From Candidatus Woesearchaeota archaeon (GTDB lineage Archaea > Nanobdellota > Nanobdellia > Woesearchaeales > GW2011-AR9), in NCBI GenBank assembly GCA_016185725.1, contig JACPNA010000020.1, positions 1 to 52,256 of the forward strand: 52,256 nucleotides of DNA. The letters are read 5' to 3'. A model generated the notes under the pieces. That model did not search any database. It was not told where the DNA came from and was given only the letters and a program-made list of their open reading frames with translations. Below, piece after piece: positions 1 to 8,021 of this stretch. Every line of letters begins with the position of its first letter. Positions within the stretch are counted from its first letter, which is position 1. The translations under genes and the position numbers were made by a program.

Positions 1-140
1 ATCCGCAACTTTTTTATATTTAGAAGTTATTATTTCCATCTGTAGTTCACCTCGTCGTTAAAATGTTTTTGGTTAAACGTTTATCGACGTGAACTACTTT
101 ATATTTTTTATGAATTTAGAAGGAGGGTTTCATATTAGCC

Positions 141-189
141 GTGTTAGTGGATGTGTACCACCAGTGAAACACACTGGTGGAAAAAGCAT
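141..189. repeat. Partial (3' module) copy of the 139-bp dispersed structured repeat
   Basis: 141-185 GTGTTAGTGGATGTGTACCACCAGTGAAACACACTGGTGGAAAAA is identical to the 3' end of the copies at 3405-3543 and 45468-45606. Confidence 0.95.
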
Positions 190-283
190 ATTTTAGAACG
201 GCGGAAAAATAAGCAGTATAATGAAATTCTTGCGCTAAAGCAGGGGGTTTTATACCCAGCGAAATTTCCTATAAGATATATTA

Positions 284-1483
284 TTATTTCAAGAAAAATA
301 ATTTTGTTGCTTCATAGAGTATACCGAGAATGAACAGCACAATTAGGAGATAACTGAGGAGGTTATAATGACGCAAATTATATTCTGGTTTACGGTTAGA
401 TCTTTTTTTGGCACGATGATACATCAGAATAATAATTATGCCCTCAAGACCGCCAGCAAGAGTGCCGGTTAATCCTAAAATTGAGATAAAGGAGGTTATA
501 TTGAGAAGAGTAATAAGCAAAGGAATAGAGAAAGTTAAGAGTAAAGCGTATTTTTTAGAAAGATGGAAATCGAGTTCGTAGATGTCGAGAAGAACCGTGC
601 CGAGAGCGAGGAACGAAGTGAACATGGCCAGAATGGCAAGGAGGTTAGCAAAAATTCCGAGTAGGGGATGAGAGTAGATACTTAAAGCAATAGTGGCAAT
701 GCGTTCGTTAGGAGTTAATACCGAAAAATTTTCTGCGCCAACAATGCCCACAACGATAAACGTAAACACGAGGTAGATCAGAATAGGAATTATTGATCCG
801 ATTATAAGAGCTTTTTTTAAGAGATGTTTATCTTTTCCCAATTCTTCTTGCAGTTCGGGAATGGCTGTAAAGCCCAGCGTGGCGAAAAGGATTACGCCAT
901 AGGGAAGGAATAGAAAGAGAGGATTGAACGTAGTAAGGTTATTGCTCTTAATTTTATCGTAAGAGAAAAGACCAAGGGCAATGACGACAATAATGAGGAG
1001 AGTTATTAAATACAGTTCAGCTTTGCCGGTGGCTTTAATTCCGCGAGAAATAATAAACGCAGCAAGGCAAAAAAAAATGATAGTATATATAATAGGCGAA
1101 CCCACAGGGAAAATTGCATACATGGTTGCCCCCTCACCGATAAGATAGGCGGTGAGAGCACCGTAGAGGGAAATAAATAACGATACGCCAACTATTCTTT
1201 TACCGGTTGGACCAAGATATTTTTCAGCATAACCTGTTAGTTGATGCTGGCCTTTAGTTCGCAACACGATTTCACCAACAAACAAGTTGATGAAAAGAAA
1301 AGCAAGACCAAGAATAATTATTAATAGTAATCCGTAGAGAAGACCGGCTTTCGCCACAACATAAGGGATGCCCAGCATACCAGCCCCAATAATAGTGCCC
1401 ATAAGAGTGGTGATGGCGATGAGTAATTTTTTATTGGCGAAGAAACCAGTATATTTCTTGGGTTGACCTCTTTTTTTGAACAT
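284..1483 (-). CDS. Amino acid permease (HAAAP/aromatic amino acid transporter-like, APC superfamily)
   Basis: About 11 hydrophobic segments; GTIIGAGMLGIP TM1 motif; LTSFL-like late motif. Confidence 0.88.
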   Translation of the reverse strand: MFKKRGQPKKYTGFFANKKLLIAITTLMGTIIGAGMLGIPYVVAKAGLLYGLLLIIILGLAFLFINLFVGEIVLRTKGQHQLTGYAEKYLGPTGKRIVGVSLFISLYGALTAYLIGEGATMYAIFPVGSPIIYTIIFFCLAAFIISRGIKATGKAELYLITLLIIVVIALGLFSYDKIKSNNLTTFNPLFLFLPYGVILFATLGFTAIPELQEELGKDKHLLKKALIIGSIIPILIYLVFTFIVVGIVGAENFSVLTPNERIATIALSIYSHPLLGIFANLLAILAMFTSFLALGTVLLDIYELDFHLSKKYALLLTFSIPLLITLLNITSFISILGLTGTLAGGLEGIIIILMYHRAKKRSNRKPEYNLRHYNLLSYLLIVLFILGILYEATKLFFLK

Positions 1484-1534
1484 GTTTTTAGATGATATTG
1501 TTGAGGTTTATAATGATTTTGTTAGAGAAAAACA

Positions 1535-1674
1535 TGGGGACGCTGGGATTTTCATGGTAATATTATTTTGAACCCAGACCTAAGGCTTGCTTCAGGGGAT
1601 TGTTTTTCATTGCTTTACTGCTCATTCTCCCAAATGCTGGAGGCCCCAATCCTGCCGGGTTAGACGACGTCCCC
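1535..1674 (-). tRNA. trnW: tRNA-Trp(CCA) with two introns (37/38: 1588-1636, 49 nt; 59/60: 1549-1566, 18 nt)
   Basis: Minus strand: acceptor GGGGACG/CGTCCCC-A, D stem GTCT/GGAT, anticodon stem GGGGC/GCCTT with loop CT-CCA-G|A, T stem CTGGG/CCCAG; removing both inserts restores 7-nt anticodon and TTCAAAT T loops. Confidence 0.9.
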
Positions 1675-1781
1675 ACAATTTATGTTAGGATTAGAGAATG
1701 TTTATTAATTTTATTGTTGGATTATGGGATTATTTTTGTTTTACATTATATTTTTATAGTATTAATTATAGTAAGCTCGTT

Positions 1782-2876
1782 ATGATTGAATTAGATGGCA
1801 ATTATGGGGAAGGGGGTGGAGCGTTAGTGAGAGTAGCGTTAGCACTTTCGACATTAATGGGAAAAGAGTTTAAAGTCACAAATATCCGAGCAGGAAGAGA
1901 ACAGGGGGGGTTGAAAGCACAGCATCTTACGGCGATTAAGGCGTTGAAAGAGATTACTGGTGCAGAAACAAATGAAATTGATTTAGGTTCTACAGAGTTG
2001 TATTTTAAACCGGGTAAATTTAAGAGAGGTATGTATGAGATTGATATTGGAACAGCAGGCAGTATTACCTTATTGTTACAGGCGTTAATTTTACCAGCAC
2101 TGTTTGCTTCTGCAAAAGTTACATTGAAAATAAAAGGAGGAACGTGCGGGAAATGGCAAGCTTCGGTGGATTATTTACAGTTAGTGTTGCTGCCACAATT
2201 GCAGCGATTTGCGGGGAGGATAGAATTAAAAATTTTGAAGCGAGGGTATTACCCTGCAGGTGGCGGCGAAGTGGTGGTAGAGATAAGCCCAAAATATAGT
2301 ATCACCAAATTCGTAAATCTAGAAACTTTTTTAGAAGAGATTAAATTCAAAGTGCAAAAAATTGATTTGGTCAATAAAGGCAGATTAGAGCAGATAAGAG
2401 GGGTAGTAAATGTTTCTGTAGAATTGGCAGATAGAGATATTGCAGAAAGAATTGTAAGAGCTACAGAAAGCGCATTAAAAAAATATGGGGTGCCAATACA
2501 AATTAGAGTAGATTATGGGAAAAGTCAAAGTATCGGGGGAGAAATTTTATTATATGCAATTTATAGTAATAACGGTAAAATTGATTTTACTAATCCAATT
2601 ATTGTAGGTGCAGATGTATTATTAGATAAAAGCAAGAGTTCAGAAGAAATCGGCAAAGAAGCGGCAAAAAAATTAATATAGGAGATAGAAGGAGAAGGAG
2701 CGGTTGATATGCATTTGCAAGATCAATTAATACAATTTATGGCATTATTGCCTGGTTCGAAGATTAAAGCAAGGGGGGTTAGCGAGCATACCAAAACCAA
2801 TATTTATGTTGCGGAAAAATTTCTGCCGGTAGGATTTAAAGTTGATGCAGGAGAAATTACTGTAGGGGAAAAGTGA
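1782..2876 (+). pseudogene. rtcA: RNA 3'-terminal phosphate cyclase interrupted by an in-frame TAG at 2679-2681 (pseudogene, base-call error or readthrough)
   Basis: MIELDGNYGEGGG, IRAGR..GLKAQH, TAGSITL and RGYYPAGGG motifs; the same frame continues 64 codons past the TAG with VDMHLQDQL and SEHTKTN to TGA 2874-2876. Confidence 0.88.
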
Positions 2877-2914
2877 GAGTTAGATTTATAAATAAGATAG
2901 TGATTTGATATTTT

Positions 2915-3085
2915 ATGGAAGGAAAAATTTGTATTTCATGCAAGAAGAAAGTTGCTAATAATCCAGGAAGTGTGACTTTTAAATGTCCGAGTTGTACAAA
3001 ATATGATATTGTACGGTGTACGTATTGCCGAACAAATGCGATTAAATATACTTGTCCTGGCTGCGGATTTATTGGACCAAATTAA
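2915..3085 (+). CDS. Small zinc-finger protein (DUF1610/HVO_2753-like), 56 aa, below the ORF-track cutoff
   Basis: Hand translation MEGKICISCKKKVANNPGSVTFKCPSCTKYDIVRCTYCRTNAIKYTCPGCGFIGPN; four CxxC pairs; typical position upstream of aEF1-beta. Confidence 0.88.
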   Translation: MEGKICISCKKKVANNPGSVTFKCPSCTKYDIVRCTYCRTNAIKYTCPGCGFIGPN

Positions 3086-3123
3086 AATGTTGTTCTTCAA
3101 GAGAATTGTGTGCGGGGTATAAT

Positions 3124-3402
3124 ATGGCAAAGGCGGTTATTACGTTTAAAATTATGCCGGAGTCGCCGGATGTGGATTTAGGACCGATAAAGAAGGAGGC
3201 ATTACGTATTGGAAGAGAAGGCGGAGCTATTGGAGAAATGCAGATACAAGAAGAGCCGATAGCGTTTGGATTGAAGGCGGTGCTTGTTTTAGGAATGTAT
3301 AATGTTGAAGGCAGCGACTTTGACGCGATTGCAGAGAAAATGAGTATAATTGAGAAGGTGCAAAGCGCAGAAGTGGCAAAGATGGATTTGGCGCTGGGTT
3401 AA
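3124..3402 (+). CDS. ef1b: Translation elongation factor aEF-1beta
   Basis: KIMPESPDVDL and EEPIAFGLKA motifs; start moved to ATG 3124. Confidence 0.95.
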   Translation: MAKAVITFKIMPESPDVDLGPIKKEALRIGREGGAIGEMQIQEEPIAFGLKAVLVLGMYNVEGSDFDAIAEKMSIIEKVQSAEVAKMDLALG

Positions 3403-3404
3403 AT

Positions 3405-3543
3405 GTCAAAGAAAACCGACCACCACCAGTCAATAGACTGGTGGCATGCTCGCCTGCGGGCTCGGGTCGGTTTTCTGACCATGCTTTTTCCACTTTAAGT
3501 GTTAGTGGATGTGTACCACCAGTGAAACACACTGGTGGAAAAA
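3405..3543. repeat. 139-bp dispersed structured repeat, full copy 1
   Basis: 138/139 identical to 45468-45606; nested inverted repeats. Confidence 0.97.
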
Positions 3544-3671
3544 TTATTCTATATTTAAAAAATAGGGATAGTATGTTTAGTCGTATTCTTGCTATGGTGT
3601 GTGTAATACAACAAGAAACAGAAAGCACGATTTTTTTATCAGATAATACTACAAATAAGGAGGTACCTCTA

Positions 3672-4136
3672 ATGAAATTGACAAGTACAGCGTTTAAGGA
3701 TAAGGCGATCATTCCCGGTGTGTATACGTGTGATGGAAAGAATATAAATCCGCCATTGCAGATTTCGGATATTCCAGCGAAGGCAAAGAGTTTAGTGTTG
3801 TTGATGGATGATCCAGATATCCCGGAAATGGCGAAGAAAAATTTTAATGTGAATGTGTGGGATCATTGGGTGGTGTTTAATATGCCACCAACGATTACAG
3901 AGATAAAGGAAGGAGAAATACCAGAGGGAGTTATGGGCCGAAATACACGCGGGAATAATACGTATAGTGGACCTTGCCCGCCAGATAGAGAACATCGGTA
4001 TTTTTTCAAGTTGTATGCGTTGGATACCTGGCTAGATTTGAAGGAAGGAGTGTCAAAGAAAGAAGTTGAGGGGGCGATGAAGGGACATATTATTGAGAAA
4101 ACGGAGTTGATGGGAAGATACGAACGTGTGAAGTGA
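3672..4136 (+). CDS. YbhB/YbcL (PEBP, Raf kinase inhibitor-like) protein
   Basis: MKLTSTAF, YTCDG, DDPD, HWVVFN, YSGPCPP..HRYFFKLYALD; AAGGAGG RBS before ATG 3672. Confidence 0.93.
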   Translation: MKLTSTAFKDKAIIPGVYTCDGKNINPPLQISDIPAKAKSLVLLMDDPDIPEMAKKNFNVNVWDHWVVFNMPPTITEIKEGEIPEGVMGRNTRGNNTYSGPCPPDREHRYFFKLYALDTWLDLKEGVSKKEVEGAMKGHIIEKTELMGRYERVK

Positions 4137-4178
4137 AAGTGATGATTATAAGAAATGAAAATATAAATAAAAAGAAAA

Positions 4179-5972
4179 TTAGCCGAAAACTTGTTTAAAC
4201 CAGTTTAACATTTTTTCGAGGAAACTATTCGTTTCTTTTAATTGTGCACTGATGTCAATACATTTTCCATTACTACATTGATTGCTGGCACATTCATAAT
4301 TATTTTGACATGACGCATCAATATCCTGCTGTAGTTTCAAAATTCCATCGATATTACAAAAATTAGCCATGCTATCTTGAACTAATCTTGTTCCGTAGGG
4401 CAAACAGTTGCCACCAATTTTACAACCAGTACATTTTTCTTCTTTTGGTGCTTCTATTGTTGGTGTTGGCGTAGTTAATTGTTGTTTTTCTTTTAAAGTA
4501 TTTGTTGCTGGTTTAATTTCAATTGGTTTAGATGATTCAGTTACAATTGGTTCGGTTAAACTACCGGTTACTATCAATTCCTTGCCTTGCAAATTATATT
4601 TTTTATAATTTTGTAACACTTTAGCTACTTTTCTAGTATCTTCTGGAGAATGTCCTGTTACTATCATTTGAACATACCCATTATTTTCTAAAAGTTTGAT
4701 CATGCCTTCTCCTTCTTTTAATGATTCGCCAGCACCGTTAAATAAAATGTTAGTTATATCATTATCACTAGATTTTCCTATAACTACGAGATTTGTGTGT
4801 AAGGGATCATTTATTTCGCTGTCTAATTTAGCAATATCCACAAGAGTATATCCTGAATTGGTTAATCCGGCAGCGATATCTGTCATAGCCAAATTGTCAG
4901 TAGATGGTGATTTACTACCAACGACAAAATAAGCATTTGATTTTCCTTTTTCAATCAAAAAATTAGGATAATTGGATAAATCTGAGGGGGTGGTTATTGG
5001 CGTGGTTACAATTTCTGGCGATATTGTTTTCGTGCTAACTTTGATGCCTTTTTCACCGTTTAAACAAAATGAAACAGAATGGATACCGCCAGCATAGTAT
5101 TGAGAGATAATATTCTGAATACTTAAGGTTACACCAAAAGGTAATTGATAACTTGCGCCTTCTATTAAATTTTCACTTTGTTGGCCGTTGATGGATAATT
5201 TTACTTGATTTTCTCCAATCTGCGGATTTGATTCAATGATGAATGGAACTATTTCATACGTCTTTTTCAGGCTTGTAGGAGTAGTTACACTTTTTATTTT
5301 ATAATCTGCAGTATGGGGATCGGAAACACTTTCAAAAGGATATGTTTTGCCATTTAGAAGAATGGAAAACGTAGCTTTACTATCTTGTACTTCAACGTTA
5401 CTTGTGATAATATTACCACTAGTCTTATCTAATAATTTAATAAGAGGCGATGGTTTGACGGTGCTATCAGCCCCTTTATACATTACAGTATTCCCATCAA
5501 GAATAAAGATATCATTCTTACTGATTTCTGAAACGATTACTGTTTCTGCTTCTCCCATTTTGTAAGTTCCAAGTTCTCCTTTTAAAAGAGTATTAGTTGA
5601 TTTACAGACCAATGGGCTATCTTTTTTTTCTTGTGATTTAACTGGGATTGTTCCGGTGCTGGTAAGCGAAAAAGTAGCTTGATTAATTACCCCAGGATAA
5701 TTTTGATTGACAATATCAGTTATGGTTATGATGCCACCATCAGATAAAATGTAACTTTCGCTCACTTTAAGTTTAGAAGTTGGTTCGTTATTCACAGTGA
5801 ACTTTGCTTCATTATTGTCCACATAATTTAGTGTTATACTATAGGGAATATTTCCAAGAGTATATATTTTATTTTCTCCTTCTAGTAAAGTGTTAGTTGA
5901 AGTTGTTTCTGCTAAAATATTTATACTTAACACAATCATGATTATTACGCTTAGTAAAATGTTTTTTTTCAT
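4179..5972 (-). CDS. Secreted S-layer-like surface protein with Cys-rich C-terminal domain
   Basis: Signal peptide; repeated beta domain; VVGSKSPSTDNLAMTDIA..AKLDSEI..NLVVIG..VTGHSPEDTRKVAKVL resembles the archaeal S-layer terminal domain; Cys-rich tail and amphipathic end. Confidence 0.65.
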   Translation of the reverse strand: MKKNILLSVIIMIVLSINILAETTSTNTLLEGENKIYTLGNIPYSITLNYVDNNEAKFTVNNEPTSKLKVSESYILSDGGIITITDIVNQNYPGVINQATFSLTSTGTIPVKSQEKKDSPLVCKSTNTLLKGELGTYKMGEAETVIVSEISKNDIFILDGNTVMYKGADSTVKPSPLIKLLDKTSGNIITSNVEVQDSKATFSILLNGKTYPFESVSDPHTADYKIKSVTTPTSLKKTYEIVPFIIESNPQIGENQVKLSINGQQSENLIEGASYQLPFGVTLSIQNIISQYYAGGIHSVSFCLNGEKGIKVSTKTISPEIVTTPITTPSDLSNYPNFLIEKGKSNAYFVVGSKSPSTDNLAMTDIAAGLTNSGYTLVDIAKLDSEINDPLHTNLVVIGKSSDNDITNILFNGAGESLKEGEGMIKLLENNGYVQMIVTGHSPEDTRKVAKVLQNYKKYNLQGKELIVTGSLTEPIVTESSKPIEIKPATNTLKEKQQLTTPTPTIEAPKEEKCTGCKIGGNCLPYGTRLVQDSMANFCNIDGILKLQQDIDASCQNNYECASNQCSNGKCIDISAQLKETNSFLEKMLNWFKQVFG

Positions 5973-6112
5973 TTTTAACCTCGTTCTGTTTTGTTCTTAT
6001 TTTGTATCAAAGCAAAAATCTGCTTGGTAAATACCGCCGGCAAATGGTTGGTACTGTGTTTTTGTCACTACTCATTTTTGATTGTTTAATCAGGGAATAA
6101 AATCCCAATTAG

Positions 6113-6814
6113 TTACTTTACTAAACATCCAATTCCATCGTTTGTAATACGTGCATTGTAGCAGTCTTTGAATTCTGAGCTTCCTTCCGCGAGGGCTTTG
6201 GCGGCTTTTCGCACATAATCAGCGGAACTTCCGGTAACGAAGAGGAAGGTTAGGTCGCCTGATTTATAACCAAAAATTCTTCCCTCGTTGTTGAAGGTTT
6301 CGTTGCATGAGCCACCACATACTTTAAGTGCTTGTCCAGTAAAATAGTTGTTACAAGGCGTTCCAATATAAATTTTATTCTTTCCTAAGTTTTTCTTGTT
6401 TTGAAGATTCATCAGTTCTGAGTCTAAAACTGTTGAACCAACAACAACTTCTATTCCTTGTTTTACCAATGCTGAACTTATGTCCGAAACAGCCAACATT
6501 TCTTTTGATTCTGCTTTTTCTCCGAGAACAAAAAGCCCTTCAAATTTATTATTAACTACGAACGGTTTTGGATAATTGCCTATTTTATATTCTTCGAAAA
6601 GAAGTTCACAACCGGTATTTGTTTCTTGGGTTGTGCTATCTTGGTTCTGATGGTCTAGTCTATTCTTTACAGGATATCCCAGTCTGCCGTTATCTGTATA
6701 CACTCCCGCATCAACAGAGCTAATGAGGGGTGATGTAAATTCAGAAGTACATCCCATCATATTTACTAATGCACCAAGCGCCACATATTTTCTTAATTTC
6801 ATTTTAGTTGTCAT
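6113..6814 (-). CDS. Putative lipoprotein with S-layer-like domain
   Basis: Lipobox-like MMGC; VLGEKA..AVSDIS..VLDSEL..IGTPCNN..VTGSSADYVRKAAKAL is paralogous to the neighbour; GGAG before ATG 6814. Confidence 0.6.
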   Translation of the reverse strand: MTTKMKLRKYVALGALVNMMGCTSEFTSPLISSVDAGVYTDNGRLGYPVKNRLDHQNQDSTTQETNTGCELLFEEYKIGNYPKPFVVNNKFEGLFVLGEKAESKEMLAVSDISSALVKQGIEVVVGSTVLDSELMNLQNKKNLGKNKIYIGTPCNNYFTGQALKVCGGSCNETFNNEGRIFGYKSGDLTFLFVTGSSADYVRKAAKALAEGSSEFKDCYNARITNDGIGCLVK

Positions 6815-6852
6815 TTTTTCTCCAGACATCCTCAAACCAGGGGTTTCAGAAA

Positions 6853-6893
6853 GCGGAACAATATAAATAAGCTTGGCGGAACATAGCGGAACA
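6853..6893. promoter_or_regulatory. Three GCGGAACA direct repeats around a minus-strand TATA box (candidate operator)
   Basis: Exact 8-mers at 6853, 6876 and 6886; 6861-6870 reads TTATTTATAT on the minus strand. Confidence 0.6.
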
Positions 6894-6898
6894 AAGGG

Positions 6899-7894
6899 TT
6901 ATTGCTCTAAAAACCAAGCCGTCAGTTTAACTTTTCGTATTTTGCCTTCTTTGGTTGTTTCTACAATGTTTTTCTGTTCTAAAGAGCGTAAATTTCTGAA
7001 TAAGGAACTTTTTGAAAGACCTGTTTGGTAGTGGATTTTAGAAAAGTAAATTGGTTCTGTTTGGTTTTGTAAGAAGGCAACAATTTTTTGTTCATTAATT
7101 CTTAAGGTCTTAAAAATATCTGCGGTACGAGTGCTTGTTTTCTGGATTGTTTTTTCTTTTTTTTGTTTTATTGTTTTTGTCTTTTTATTGATAGTACTTA
7201 ATGATTTTTTTCTGAAATAGTGATAATATAAACTTAATCCGATGACAAAGAGTAAAATTCCAAAAAAAAGCAAGACAAATAGGGGGGAATAATTTTGAGA
7301 TTGTGAAGTTATTAATCGTGTATCTAATTTTATTTCAAGATATTGTTTTGATCCTTGTTTAATTGTAATCTCTTTAATTCCTAAACTATCTTTGTAACTA
7401 CTATAAATTTTACACTCTCCTAGGGGGACATACTCTAAGGAAAAAGAACCAAATTTATCCGTTTTCTTGGGAAAATTGACACCTAAGGCATTATTACAAT
7501 CAAAGTTAAGATTGGCTTCGGAGAGGGCTATATCTACTTTGTCTTTTACAAAACCACTTAAACTTCCTACAGGATAAAGATAAATAACTTTGATAAGTTT
7601 ATTTTCTAAGGATAGGACTGTTTCACCATAATAATCGTTGCCCGGGGTGGTAGGATTATTTACAATTATTTTTAGATGGTGATCTCCTTCAGACATTTTT
7701 AGGTTGAGATTTTGATTTTTTTCTAGGTAGTAATTAGTAATTTCTCCATTATTATCTAAACTTAGAAAGGCATTTTGAATTGGTTCTTGGGTGATGGCAT
7801 CGGCAAAAGTTAGAATTACGTTAGTAGTATCATTTTGGGCAAAAGAAAGGGGAATGGTTAGTATTAGTACGATAAAGCATATTCTCGGGAACAT
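6899..7894 (-). CDS. Membrane-anchored transcriptional regulator (signal peptide, beta-sandwich ectodomain, one TM helix, C-terminal winged HTH; COG2512-like)
   Basis: TM PLFVLLFFGILLFVIGLSLYY; wHTH EQKIVAFL..TGLSKSSLFRNLRSLEQKNIVETTKEGK. Confidence 0.78.
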   Translation of the reverse strand: MFPRICFIVLILTIPLSFAQNDTTNVILTFADAITQEPIQNAFLSLDNNGEITNYYLEKNQNLNLKMSEGDHHLKIIVNNPTTPGNDYYGETVLSLENKLIKVIYLYPVGSLSGFVKDKVDIALSEANLNFDCNNALGVNFPKKTDKFGSFSLEYVPLGECKIYSSYKDSLGIKEITIKQGSKQYLEIKLDTRLITSQSQNYSPLFVLLFFGILLFVIGLSLYYHYFRKKSLSTINKKTKTIKQKKEKTIQKTSTRTADIFKTLRINEQKIVAFLQNQTEPIYFSKIHYQTGLSKSSLFRNLRSLEQKNIVETTKEGKIRKVKLTAWFLEQ

Positions 7895-7948
7895 AGAGGA
7901 AGTATTATGTTTATGTTTATAAAATTTAGTAGAAATGATGTTCTCATT

Positions 7949-7958
7949 GGGGGGGGGG
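7949..7958. repeat. G10 homopolymer in a divergent promoter region
   Basis: Ten consecutive G between the TATA-like boxes at about 7916-7924 and 7968-7975. Confidence 0.85.
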
Positions 7959-8021
7959 CAACTCGTCTTTAAATAGAGGAATAACTTTCTAGAATAAAAA
8001 ATACAGTAAGAGGTGTAATAA

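Noticed and set aside
1600..1785. Short ORFs over the tRNA genes (1600-1785, 41019-41237)
   Set aside because: They overlap well-formed tRNAs
2679..2681. Genome-wide TAG reassignment
   Set aside because: TAG ends other full-length genes normally (e.g. map 36488, rpl35ae 52020, TrmB gene 31364, eif1a 16827)
3405..3543. Classical MITE or integron attC site
   Set aside because: No terminal inverted repeat spanning the whole element, no target-site duplication, no RYYYAAC/GTTRRRY ends, no integrase
3227..3712. ORFs spanning the 139-bp repeat (3227-3712 minus, the 3441 extension of the YbhB ORF, and 151-333)
   Set aside because: They are translations of the repeat or antisense to ef1b; the YbhB gene has a clear RBS and start at 3672
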